From: Nitrospirales bacterium
GTDB taxonomy: Bacteria > Nitrospirota > Nitrospiria > Nitrospirales > UBA8639
Assembly: GCA_965223295.1 (NCBI GenBank)
Contig: CBDCWC010000002.1
Span: 1,536,001-1,600,000 of the forward strand
DNA: 64,000 nucleotides
Direction of reading: 5' to 3'
The notes beneath the pieces are model-generated. The model was not told the DNA's origin. It saw only the letters and a list, made by a program, of their open reading frames with translations, and made no database searches. Position 1 is the first letter of the stretch. Each line of letters begins with the position of its first letter. The position numbers and the translations under genes are program-made. Shown here piece after piece: positions 40,008-49,807 of the stretch.

Positions 40008-40699
40008 AGTATCTGTCGCTTTCCTTCCCATTCGCAATCGTCATAGAGCACGCACTGCTCGCAATGGGGCGTTCTTGCCTGACAAACATGACGCCCGTGT
40101 AAGAGAATACGTTGTGCACCGAGAGTCCATTGAGTTTGTGCCATAAGAGATTGAAGGTCCTCTTCGATTTTTGTTGGATCTTGACTTCTCGTCAAGCCCA
40201 AACGATTGGCAACCCGTTTGACATGGGTATCGACGACTACCGCTGGCTTTCCAAAATACGTCCCCAGAATAACATTAGCGGTCTTACGGCCAACACCGGG
40301 TAATGTCGTCAACTCTTCCATTGATTCCGGAATGTTCCCATCAAAATGCTTAATCAAGGCTCTTGCACATCCAATGAGATTCCGAGCCTTACTTTTAAAA
40401 AACCCTGTAGATCTGATGAGAGTTTCTAATTCAGCCTGATCAGCAGATGCAAAGTCTTCCGTCGTACGATACCGTGCAAATAGTTTTGGTGTGACTTGAT
40501 TAACCCGTTCATCCGTACATTGAGCAGACAAGATTGTTGCCACCAGTAACTCAAAGGCATTACTTGAATCTAATGCGACTTTGGCAAGAGGAATAGATTT
40601 TTGCAATCTCCCCAGAATCCGCGTGACACGTTTTCTGGCAGCAGCAAGGGTTCGCTGTGGACGACATTGACCTTTGAGAGACACGTTTCGAGAGGCCAC
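40004..40699 (-). CDS. nth: endonuclease III
   Basis: Motifs LSAQCTD, HhH LPGVGRKTANV and VDTHV, with the C-x6-C-x2-C-x5-C Fe-S motif. Confidence 0.96.
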   Translation of the reverse strand: MASRNVSLKGQCRPQRTLAAARKRVTRILGRLQKSIPLAKVALDSSNAFELLVATILSAQCTDERVNQVTPKLFARYRTTEDFASADQAELETLIRSTGFFKSKARNLIGCARALIKHFDGNIPESMEELTTLPGVGRKTANVILGTYFGKPAVVVDTHVKRVANRLGLTRSQDPTKIEEDLQSLMAQTQWTLGAQRILLHGRHVCQARTPHCEQCVLYDDCEWEGKRQIL

Positions 40700-40704
40700 C
40701 GTTC

Positions 40705-42408
40705 TTATCCAACGCCATGGGCTAATGTCACAGGATCAATCGGGCCGCTCGCGCGTGTCTCTCGAAATTGGGAATGGGATCTTTCTACGTGAAGCAGTAA
40801 GTGCTCAATCTTCTGCTGAATGAGTTGAAGGGACGTCTCCTCTCGCGCAGATCCACCAATCCCTTCATACCGGCTGCACAACCGCTGCATGTTTTCGATG
40901 TCCAGAAGATCTCCTTTATTGAAAAACCGAAGGCAAGGAATATGTTGAAAACCCAATTCTGTCAGAATCTGTTCCACGGCTGTGATGTGTTGTTCAGGGT
41001 TTTTGGCATGAGCATCCACCACGTGAATCAGAACATCGGCCTCCTCCAACTCTTGTAGTGTCGTGTGAAATGCGGCCACTAAGTCTTTAGGTAAATCTCT
41101 GATGAATCCAACTGTATCTGTCAAAATCACTTCTCCTACTCTTGAAAGGCACCAGCTCCGACTCACGGTATCCAAGGTTTCAAACACGCGATTTCTCACA
41201 GACACATGACTGTCTGTCAACGCATTAAACAAGGTAGATTTTCCAGCATTCGTATAGCCGATAATAGAAACAACCGGCAGCCCACGTTTGACTCGCCGCT
41301 TCCGCTGTTCATGCCGACCTTGCCCAATCGCCTTGAGGTCTCGTTCTAAATGTTGAATGCGCTCACGAATACGGCGCCGATCCGTTTCTAACTTTGTTTC
41401 TCCCGGCCCTCGAGTGCCAATGCCACCAGCCAGGCGAGAAAAAGCCGTGCTTGACTGCGCCAATCGAGGCAATCGATATCGCAATTGCGCCAACTCCACT
41501 TGAATATTCCCAATATGAGAATGCGCTCGCTTCGCGAAAATATCAAGAATGACTTGTGAACGATCCAATACTCGGATATCCGTCAGTTCAGAAAGTCCTC
41601 GTACCTGCGCTGGGGTCAAGTCCTGGTCAAAAATTAACATGTCTGCGCCCGACTGCAATGCTTGAATGGCTAACTCTTTCATTTTCCCTGAACCCACAAC
41701 ATATTTGGGATGAATAGAAGCCGGACGCTGCGTCACGCATCCTAAGACTTCGACATCTTGCGCCCTGACCAATTCCTGCAGTTCGTCGAGGCGCTCTTGT
41801 TGAAACGCCACATGGCCCATCCCGACACTGACTAACAGGGCCCGCCCCTCTCGTATACCTTCTCTGGAACTTTGGCAACCCTTCAGGATATCCTGCTCGA
41901 GTAACTGGATGAACTCTTGACAGTTCATGTGAAACGAATGAAAAGCACATGGCGCTAATTGCAGATAGGCATGACCGTTAGCAGAGTTCGGGACATTATG
42001 CGCCACATAAACATCCTGCAATCCACCTGACTTGTTCACTCCCAACGCCATCATGAGATCCAGACGCAAGAGTGCTAAGTCGGTCAGATCATCTTGCGTC
42101 AGGGGTTGATTATTCAGATGAGTATGCACCAAACGCACACCACGCAACAATCGCAGACCGGAACGAGTTCTGGATAAATGTGGAATCACCAACTCATGAT
42201 CATTGCCAATTATGACCGAGTCCACTTGCCCCCGCCGATCCACTAATAAGCCTATTTGTCGACGCGTTTCAAACGTCAAGTCTGCACATTCCCGGGCCAC
42301 ATCTACCGTGACAACTTTTTCAGGAGGGATGCGCCGCCGATACAGTCGTTCGATGCGACTGACAAAATTGGCCTTTAACCCGTGGAGATTGCCGAATACC
42401 TGTGGGAT
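40705..42408 (-). CDS. hflX: GTPase HflX (long N-terminal form), probable non-canonical ATC start
   Basis: Motifs GTRGPGET, GYTNAGKS, DTVGFI and NKxD. The frame extends 36 codons above the first GTG (IPQVFGNLHGLK...RLYRRRIP) and follows an AAAAGGAG RBS. Confidence 0.92.
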   Translation of the reverse strand: MPQVFGNLHGLKANFVSRIERLYRRRIPPEKVVTVDVARECADLTFETRRQIGLLVDRRGQVDSVIIGNDHELVIPHLSRTRSGLRLLRGVRLVHTHLNNQPLTQDDLTDLALLRLDLMMALGVNKSGGLQDVYVAHNVPNSANGHAYLQLAPCAFHSFHMNCQEFIQLLEQDILKGCQSSREGIREGRALLVSVGMGHVAFQQERLDELQELVRAQDVEVLGCVTQRPASIHPKYVVGSGKMKELAIQALQSGADMLIFDQDLTPAQVRGLSELTDIRVLDRSQVILDIFAKRAHSHIGNIQVELAQLRYRLPRLAQSSTAFSRLAGGIGTRGPGETKLETDRRRIRERIQHLERDLKAIGQGRHEQRKRRVKRGLPVVSIIGYTNAGKSTLFNALTDSHVSVRNRVFETLDTVSRSWCLSRVGEVILTDTVGFIRDLPKDLVAAFHTTLQELEEADVLIHVVDAHAKNPEQHITAVEQILTELGFQHIPCLRFFNKGDLLDIENMQRLCSRYEGIGGSAREETSLQLIQQKIEHLLLHVERSHSQFRETRASGPIDPVTLAHGVG

Positions 42409-42432
42409 GCTCTGTCTCCTTTTCAGATTTCT

Positions 42433-43473
42433 CTATTCGGTGGATGCTGCCACCTTTGCGAAAAATTCGTTCTTACATTGCAATGTGGATACGGCATCTT
42501 CATCCCAGGATGCGAACTCTTGCCGTTTCAATTTTTCCAGTCCCGCCGCGGCAATCATCGCGGCATTATCTGTACATAAAGAACGTGAGGGAAGAACCAC
42601 ACTCAATCCCTTCGCAACAGCCTGTTCTTCCAATTTCTCTCGCAACCGGGAATTAGCGGCCACACCTCCAACGACCGAAATCACGCTTGCCTCATACTGG
42701 CATGCAGCACGGCACAGCTTTTCCACCAACACATCGACAATTGCTTCCTGGTAGCTGGCTGCAATATCAGCAACAGGCAAGGATGACATTTCTCTTTTCT
42801 GCCTGTCCTTGAGATAATAGAGAAGAGACGTTTTGAGCCCACTAAAACTAAAGGTAAAATCCCTACTTTGTAATTGAGGGCGTGGAAACGAAACCGCTTG
42901 CCGATTGCCTTGTTTCGCCAACATATCAATGGCCGGGCCGCCGGGATAGGGCAAACCCAACATTTTGGCTCCCTTGTCAAAGGCTTCTCCAGCCGCATCA
43001 TCCAATGTCCAACCAATCAACTGATATTCACCACCGCGAGAAACTCGCGCCAGATGAGTATGCCCCCCAGAGGCTATCAGTATCATAGCTGGCGTTGGCA
43101 TACGAGGGTTGGCTAACCAGGCAGAAGCCAAATGCCCATCCAAATGATTGACTGTGACATACGGAATATTCAAAGCATAAGCTAAAGCTTTTGCGAAGTT
43201 CACACCGACAATCAACGCCCCCACCAAACCGGGACGATTGGTGACGGCGACCCCTGTGACATCGGAAAAGGAAATATTCGCTTGACTGAGAGCTTCCCTC
43301 GTCAACACTTCTACTCGCTCCATATGACGTCGAGAAGCCAACTCAGGTACAACCCCTCCAAAAGGCGCATGCGTATCGCTCTGAGAGTCGAGAACGTTCG
43401 ACACAATATGGCCTTCGCGGTTTAATACGGCAACAGCCGTTTCATCACATGAAGTTTCAATGCCTACGATCAT
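42433..43473 (-). CDS. tsaD: tRNA N6-adenosine threonylcarbamoyltransferase
   Basis: Motifs GIETSCDET, GGVVPELASRRH, HLDGH, SGGHT, GEAFDK and TDNAAMI. Confidence 0.96.
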   Translation of the reverse strand: MIVGIETSCDETAVAVLNREGHIVSNVLDSQSDTHAPFGGVVPELASRRHMERVEVLTREALSQANISFSDVTGVAVTNRPGLVGALIVGVNFAKALAYALNIPYVTVNHLDGHLASAWLANPRMPTPAMILIASGGHTHLARVSRGGEYQLIGWTLDDAAGEAFDKGAKMLGLPYPGGPAIDMLAKQGNRQAVSFPRPQLQSRDFTFSFSGLKTSLLYYLKDRQKREMSSLPVADIAASYQEAIVDVLVEKLCRAACQYEASVISVVGGVAANSRLREKLEEQAVAKGLSVVLPSRSLCTDNAAMIAAAGLEKLKRQEFASWDEDAVSTLQCKNEFFAKVAASTE

Positions 43474-43503
43474 TGAGCCGTGTTTGTCTTTGAGCTTCGA
43501 GTC

Positions 43504-43548
43504 AAAAAACAACAAGACCCTCAGAACATAATGTTCCGAGGGTCTTGT
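43504..43548 (-). terminator. rho-independent terminator downstream of clpC
   Basis: ACAAGACCCTC...GAGGGTCTTGT stem followed by TGTTTTTT on the minus strand. Confidence 0.7.
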
Positions 43549-43575
43549 CTCTCGTCAATTGTATCTTAGAACCAA

Positions 43576-46005
43576 TCAGACACTCGCTAACACTTCTTCC
43601 TCAATAAAACTCGGTGTCTGATCCGTTAAGACCACTTTAATTTTCTTGGCATCTTTAAAGCGCCCTTTAATCAGTTCTTCGGAGAGAGGATCACCCAAAC
43701 ATCGCTGAATGGTTCGCCGAAGTGGGCGAGCACCATATTGCGATTCAAATCCTTCATCGATGAGCCACTGCTTGACTTCTTCACTGACGTCTAAATGCAC
43801 ACCTCGCTCGACTAACCGAGCATTGAGTTCCCCAATGAGAATATCTATGATCGTCACCAAATGTTCTTTTGTAAGTTGATGGAACACAACCAACTCATCA
43901 AGACGATTTAAAAATTCAGGGCTAAAATGTCGTTTCAACTCACCCAAAACCTCGCCTCGGACGCGAGAGGTATTTTCAGAATCTTCATCGCGCTGGAATC
44001 CAAGCGATACACCTTTTTGGATAAATCGAGTTCCTAAATTTGAGGTCATGACTAAAATCGTATTTTTAAAATCAACTTTTCGTCCTAAACTATCAGTTAA
44101 GACCCCGTCATCCAGCACTTGTAACAGCACATTAAAAATATCAGGATGAGCTTTTTCTATTTCATCAAACAACACAACAGAATATGGCCGCCTTCGTACT
44201 TTCTCTGTTAATTGCCCGCCTTCCTCATATCCCACATATCCCGGAGGAGCACCAAATAGTCTCGAACTGGTAAACTTTTCTTGATACTCAGACATATCCA
44301 CTCGAATCAACGCGTCATCCGTATTGAATAAGAACTCCGCTAATGCACGGGCTAATTCCGTTTTCCCGACACCGGTCGGCCCTAAGAAAATAAACGAGCC
44401 AATAGGTTTTTTGGCATCCTTTAGCCCAGCACGGGAACGGCGAATAGATCGGCAAATGGCTGAAATGGCTTCGTCTTGTCCAACAATTCGCCTGTGAAGG
44501 TAATCTTCCATATGCAAAAGTTTTTCGGATTCTTCTTCTTCCAAGCGAAAGAGTGGAATGCCCGTGATTTTTGAGACAACATAGGCCACATCTTCACCAG
44601 AAATCACAGGACGATTTTTCTCTTGCTTTTTCTTCCAATCTTGCTTGGCATCGTCTAATAACTTTCTGAACCGCTCCTCTTCTTCACGGTATTTCACTGC
44701 ATCTTCAAAGTTCTGCAAGCCAATCGCCACTTCTTTCTCTCGAGCCACTCGTTTCAGTTCCTGATCCAGAGATTTCAACTCTGGAGGAAGCGCATAGGTC
44801 AGCAACTTGGCGCGAGAACCAGCTTCGTCAATCAAATCAATGGCTTTGTCAGGCAAAAATCGGTCAGTAATATATCGATCAGTGAGCTTCACCGCTTCTT
44901 CAACCGCTTCATCGGTGTAGTCTACGCCATGATGTTCTTCGTACCGATCCCGCAATCCTTGAATGATACTAATCGTTTCTTCCACAGACGGGGGCTGAAC
45001 ATGAATGGATTGGAACCGCCGTTTTAATGCGCCATCTTTTTCAATATGCTTTCGATATTCATCGAGGGTCGTGGCTCCAATACATTGAATTTCTCCACGG
45101 GACAATGCTGGCTTCAGCATATTGGCAGCATCAATCGACCCTTCGGCTGCTCCTGCACCAACCAGTGTATGAAGCTCATCAATAAACAATATGATATTGC
45201 CAGCTTGGGAAATTTCCTTCATGACAACCTTCAAGCGTTCTTCAAACTGCCCACGATATTTTGTGCCTGCAACCAAAGAACCCAAATCCAAGGCAATGAC
45301 CCGACGATTGAGCAAATTGTCTGGAACATCAAGCCCAATGATCCTCTGAGCAAGCCCTTCAACAATGGCCGTTTTCCCAACGCCAGACTCACCAATGAGC
45401 GCTGGGTTATTTTTAGTTCGCCGGCTCAGAATTTGAAGCACCCGTTCAATCTCATCGGCCCGACCAATCACAGGGTCTAATGTGCCTTCCTGCGCTAATT
45501 GCGTCAGGTCACGCCCAAACTCATCTAATGCCGGCGTGCTACTCTTTTTGTCCCGTTCTCTTGTCCCTGTTTTCCGTAAAAAGGTGACGGTCAACTGCCG
45601 GGCTGTTAAAAGATTCGCACCCAAGCTTCGCAACACCTTCCCGCCAATACCCTCTTCCTCGCGAAGCAGTCCGAGAAGCAAGTGCTCACTCCCAATATGA
45701 TTATGACCAAGCAAGCGCGCTTCTTCGACACCATATTCAATGACTTTTTTTACACGTGGACTAAACGGAATTTCACCGAATGTCACCGTGGTCCCGCCAC
45801 CCGGGAGGTTTCGTTCAATTTCTAAACGGATTTGTTCGGGAGAAAGCCCCATCTTTTTGATGATCATCAGAGCGATGCCATCAGACTCTCGGAGAATTGC
45901 CAAGACTAAGTGCTCGGTACCCAAATAATCGTTTTGGTGCCGTTCCGCTTCTTCTCTGGCAAGGATGATAATCTTTCTACCACGATCCGTGAATCGTTCG
46001 AACAT
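43576..46005 (-). CDS. clpC: ATP-dependent Clp protease ATP-binding subunit ClpC
   Basis: MFERFT start, two Clp-N repeats, Walker A motifs GESGVGKT and GPTGVGKT, a UVR-like middle domain and GARPLRR. Confidence 0.95.
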   Translation of the reverse strand: MFERFTDRGRKIIILAREEAERHQNDYLGTEHLVLAILRESDGIALMIIKKMGLSPEQIRLEIERNLPGGGTTVTFGEIPFSPRVKKVIEYGVEEARLLGHNHIGSEHLLLGLLREEEGIGGKVLRSLGANLLTARQLTVTFLRKTGTRERDKKSSTPALDEFGRDLTQLAQEGTLDPVIGRADEIERVLQILSRRTKNNPALIGESGVGKTAIVEGLAQRIIGLDVPDNLLNRRVIALDLGSLVAGTKYRGQFEERLKVVMKEISQAGNIILFIDELHTLVGAGAAEGSIDAANMLKPALSRGEIQCIGATTLDEYRKHIEKDGALKRRFQSIHVQPPSVEETISIIQGLRDRYEEHHGVDYTDEAVEEAVKLTDRYITDRFLPDKAIDLIDEAGSRAKLLTYALPPELKSLDQELKRVAREKEVAIGLQNFEDAVKYREEEERFRKLLDDAKQDWKKKQEKNRPVISGEDVAYVVSKITGIPLFRLEEEESEKLLHMEDYLHRRIVGQDEAISAICRSIRRSRAGLKDAKKPIGSFIFLGPTGVGKTELARALAEFLFNTDDALIRVDMSEYQEKFTSSRLFGAPPGYVGYEEGGQLTEKVRRRPYSVVLFDEIEKAHPDIFNVLLQVLDDGVLTDSLGRKVDFKNTILVMTSNLGTRFIQKGVSLGFQRDEDSENTSRVRGEVLGELKRHFSPEFLNRLDELVVFHQLTKEHLVTIIDILIGELNARLVERGVHLDVSEEVKQWLIDEGFESQYGARPLRRTIQRCLGDPLSEELIKGRFKDAKKIKVVLTDQTPSFIEEEVLASV

Positions 46006-46319
46006 TGTACCTCCTCTAGCCGATTATTCGCGAAACTTTTCGCTGACCGAATACATTCAGAACTGTCAAGAATTACAAGCAAAATTCATGATTTCAGTCT
46101 ATCCGCGACCCCCTAAAACTGTCAAGCAAGACACAGAAGTTGGCTTGATCAATACAAAGTAGATTTAGACAAACTCTACCAACAAAACTGATTCAAGGGA
46201 AGTCTTAAGAAATAGGAAAATTCTGCCTAGTTTTTTGTCAATATTCATCGCTTGCTATCAACTTCATTAAGAGACTACCATCGTGACTCTTCGGATAGAC
46301 CAGTACACAATAATTTACT

Positions 46320-47180
46320 ATGGCAACATTCCAAACAATCGGCATTCTCAGAAAACCTTCGGCACCGAATATGGCGCAACGGATCGAGCAAGTTCAGGAT
46401 TGGCTGCGCGTTCATCAGAAAACTGTCCTTCTTGATTCTACCGACATGCCGCCCTCTCCATCTTGCCCAGAACGGCAACAGATTGCGAAACAGGCCGATC
46501 TTCTCATCGTTCTAGGAGGTGACGGCACCATGTTGAGTGGAGCCCGTCTCGTAGAACAACGGAGCATTCCTATCTTGGGCGTGAACATGGGCGGACTAGG
46601 GTTCCTGACCGAGATAAATTTTGACGATCTTCCTCAGGCCCTGGAGAAAATATTTTCAGGAGAGTTCCATTTAGACGCTCGATTAATGCTGACCGTTCAG
46701 ATTCGCCGAGCTGACACAATCATTGTAACCCATTCAGCCTTAAACGATGTGGTCGTCAGCAAAGGACACTTGGCCAGAATGATTTCCACCACCGTTTCGG
46801 TTAACGATGCCTTCATGACCAACATGCAAAGCGACGGACTCATTGTCTCCACGCCAACCGGATCAACCGCCTATTCGCTCTCAACCAATGGCCCCATTCT
46901 GGATCCTAGCCTGGAGGCTTTGCTCATCAATCCAATCTGTCCCCACACCCTGTCTCACAGACCATTCTTGGCTCCCAGTACGGTTTCAATATCGATCACA
47001 CTAACGAGTCAAGAACGTGCCATGGCCACCATAGACGGACAGGAAAGACAAGAAATCATGACAAATGACATTGTGGAAATTCGAGCATCTGAACACCGCA
47101 CACAGCTTATTCGATTTCCAGGACGCAGCTATTTTGAAGTACTCCGCACCAAACTCAAATGGGGCGACGGGCTAGTCTAA
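46320..47180 (+). CDS. nadK: NAD(+) kinase
   Basis: Motifs LGGDGT, GLGFL, LND, DGLIVSTPTGSTAYSLS and KLKW. Confidence 0.95.
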   Translation: MATFQTIGILRKPSAPNMAQRIEQVQDWLRVHQKTVLLDSTDMPPSPSCPERQQIAKQADLLIVLGGDGTMLSGARLVEQRSIPILGVNMGGLGFLTEINFDDLPQALEKIFSGEFHLDARLMLTVQIRRADTIIVTHSALNDVVVSKGHLARMISTTVSVNDAFMTNMQSDGLIVSTPTGSTAYSLSTNGPILDPSLEALLINPICPHTLSHRPFLAPSTVSISITLTSQERAMATIDGQERQEIMTNDIVEIRASEHRTQLIRFPGRSYFEVLRTKLKWGDGLV

Positions 47181-47262
47181 TCTAAGGTGGGCTAAAATTG
47201 ATGAAGTTTGCAATGCACGACAACACTGCCATTTTTTTATAAGCTAAGAGTCTAACCACACA

Positions 47263-47634
47263 CTACGGTGAGCAGTCGGGACATTCACGCCGCTCATCTG
47301 CCATATGAAATTCTTCCGAAGTCAACGGAAAAAGTTGGTCGCACATCTCGCAATAGCGAATTTCAAAGAACGCGACCCCTTCGTCATTAATTTCGCACGG
47401 CAATAATAAATCTAGCGGATCATACCCCAACGTTTTTTCGTCGGGAAATTTCACTACCGCCAAGCGAACATTAAAAAACTCAAAGACACCTTCTTTGCCT
47501 TTATATCGGTCCTCGTGACCAATGACATAGACCGGCTGCCCTTTACGTTTCGTCCGTAAATCTTTTAAGGTCCTTTCCGTGTTCGTCGCACAACTGAATT
47601 CTTGCGTTGGGTTTACGTCACTCATCCTATTCAT
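47263..47634 (-). CDS. hypothetical protein with a C-terminal CxxC...CxxC zinc ribbon
   Basis: Contains YCEMCDQ...RECPDC and has protein-like composition. Confidence 0.7.
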   Translation of the reverse strand: MNRMSDVNPTQEFSCATNTERTLKDLRTKRKGQPVYVIGHEDRYKGKEGVFEFFNVRLAVVKFPDEKTLGYDPLDLLLPCEINDEGVAFFEIRYCEMCDQLFPLTSEEFHMADERRECPDCSP

Positions 47635-47757
47635 TATCCTAGGTTGGTCATTTTTCAGAGACACACGCCTTTGCAACAAAGCGGAACAGCTTGTAGCATG
47701 GCCTCAAAAAGGAGGTCAAGGCAGTTGGTCCCATAATCAGTCAAGGGAGAGAACGTC

Positions 47758-48108
47758 ATGAATGAAATTACCATTTATCAAAAACCCACATGCTCCACAT
47801 GCCGAAATGTCATCAAGTTGGTAGAGGCAAGCGGCCAACCTTTTACCGCTATCAATTACTATGAAAAACCTTTTTCTAAATCAAAACTCAAGGGACTGCT
47901 CAAAAAAGCGGGTCTCAAATCTTCAGATATCATCCGCAAGAAAGAAGATATTTACAAGCGGCTCAATTTGGCCCAATCCCAATTTACCGATGACGAACTC
48001 TTGGATATTATGATCAAACAACCAGACTTAATTCAGCGTCCGCTCGTCCAAAAAGGCGATCAGGTAATCCTCGCCCGACCCCCAGAAACCGTCAAAGATC
48101 TTCTCTAG
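47758..48108 (+). CDS. ArsC/Spx/MgsR family protein
   Basis: Motifs IYQKPTCSTCR and PDLIQRPLV, with a GGGAGA RBS. Confidence 0.88.
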   Translation: MNEITIYQKPTCSTCRNVIKLVEASGQPFTAINYYEKPFSKSKLKGLLKKAGLKSSDIIRKKEDIYKRLNLAQSQFTDDELLDIMIKQPDLIQRPLVQKGDQVILARPPETVKDLL

Positions 48109-48165
48109 GGCACAAACCGATTGAAATACTGCACCACGCGACACCATATTGAGTCATCCAATACC

Positions 48166-48357
48166 GGGAAGGCTGAATAATGACGATACCAAGAGTCATA
48201 TTTCGTCTGGAAGCCGGGAACGCTCGACGGGAGCGGGGCGGTTCAAAAAAGTCTGACCAGCAAGGCCCCAGCCATTTTTTGCGCAGGGAGCGTACTGACA
48301 GTACGTGAGCACCGGAAAAGGACGAGAACGCTACTGGCAGCTTTTTTCAACAGCCAC
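48166..48357 (+). repeat. ~190-bp MITE-like repeat, copy D
   Basis: GGGAAGGCTGAATAATGACGATACC...GGAGCGTACTGACAGTACGTGAGCAC...TTTTTTCAACAGCC. Confidence 0.85.
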
Positions 48358-48361
48358 ATAC

Positions 48362-48976
48362 CTAAAATGGCCGTTGAAACGATTCCGAGCCACCGGTCCC
48401 AAAATATTCAGTTTTAAGATATTGATAGGCCTCGATAATCTTTCGTAGTTCAGGCTCCGAGCTGCGATCACCCTTTCGACTATCGGGATGGAGTTTTTTC
48501 GCACGCTCACGAAAGGCCCGGGTTACGAGTGGCAATGAGGCCCCAAACTCGACTTCCAAAATTTCGTACGCCTGAATGGCCGAGCGAACTTCGCCAGCCG
48601 GAGCCATGGGATCTCCGCCTCCACCAGCTGCCGATTTAAAGAAATTAAACAAGTTGATTTTATTTCGCCGGCGCCGCGGACGTTGACGAATTTCACTTTC
48701 AAATTCTTCAAATCGATCTTCAATAAATTCCAGCCGAGACTCTAACCGCTGCGCAGAGTTCACTTCAGCAATCTTTTCAACTTCTTCTTCAACTAGCATC
48801 AGCATCCGATCAACTTCAAGTAAACCCTCTTCCACGCGCAAATAAGCTTCAACCCGTTCTTGAAACATAGTTTCAATAGCAAAATCCAAACTTTTTTCGG
48901 CCTGAGCGCGAAGTTGAGCAATACGGCGCGTCATCCCTGTGACGAACTTTCGTCGATTATGCTCATTGAGGGCCAT
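48362..48976 (-). CDS. coiled-coil protein with a C-terminal DnaJ (J) domain
   Basis: AYEILEV...AFRERAKKLHPD...IIEAYQYL. Confidence 0.85.
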   Translation of the reverse strand: MALNEHNRRKFVTGMTRRIAQLRAQAEKSLDFAIETMFQERVEAYLRVEEGLLEVDRMLMLVEEEVEKIAEVNSAQRLESRLEFIEDRFEEFESEIRQRPRRRRNKINLFNFFKSAAGGGGDPMAPAGEVRSAIQAYEILEVEFGASLPLVTRAFRERAKKLHPDSRKGDRSSEPELRKIIEAYQYLKTEYFGTGGSESFQRPF

Positions 48977-49230
48977 AGAATGTGCTGGAATCCCTTTCTT
49001 GGATCGAGGGCGCTCATTCTATCATAACGCAGGCCCCAAGGGACCGTTTTGCATATCGAATCTTACTTCGCAAAAGAATTCTCAGCCATTGCCCACTATT
49101 TAAATGGCTTGTTATCCTCCCTATCTTTACGCCAGTCAAACGGTGATCGTTCTCATGAAAATATTTGGCTCAAAATTTTTATCCATATCCACATCTATTC
49201 CAAACTACTGAATCCATTAAGGAGGGTCCG

Positions 49231-49728
49231 ATGACACACAAAGCGTATTTGATAGGAATGTTTTTTCTACTGATGCCAACAATCCCATCCTGGGCTGTGA
49301 ACCCTGCCGGATACGGTACAGCCGGAGGCGAGTTTAATATTAAAATTACCCGCGTCCCGTCCAATGAACTGAAGGCTGCCAAAGCTCTCAAAGCACCTTT
49401 TGAAGCTACAGCCGAAATCCTTGCCGAAGGCAAAGAAATCTTTCTTGGCCGAGGAGGTTGCATTAGTTGCCATGGCGCCGAAGGGAAAGGAGACGGAGCG
49501 GCAGCAAAAAACTTGCCTATTCAACCACGCAATTTTACCAACCCGAAATTTAACAAGTACCGCACACCAGGGGAAATGATGTGGGTCCTGAAGAATGGCA
49601 GCATGGGACAAACCGGTCGGGTACCCGGGACCGGAATGCTACCCGTTGTTCAACCCAATGGCTTCATTTCAGAAGCTGACGGCTGGAAAGTTCTCCTCTA
49701 TGAACGCAGTCTTGGCGAGAAAAAATAA
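49231..49728 (+). CDS. periplasmic monoheme c-type cytochrome
   Basis: AAGGAGG RBS, signal peptide, CISCH heme motif, GKGDG, PRNFT and distal Met in GTGM. Confidence 0.9.
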   Translation: MTHKAYLIGMFFLLMPTIPSWAVNPAGYGTAGGEFNIKITRVPSNELKAAKALKAPFEATAEILAEGKEIFLGRGGCISCHGAEGKGDGAAAKNLPIQPRNFTNPKFNKYRTPGEMMWVLKNGSMGQTGRVPGTGMLPVVQPNGFISEADGWKVLLYERSLGEKK

Positions 49729-49807
49729 TGTCTGACTGTTCATACCTATTGTTAGGAAGCCTGAAAAACACGCTCAATCATTCTAGAGATGGGATCAGCT
49801 TTTCTTT

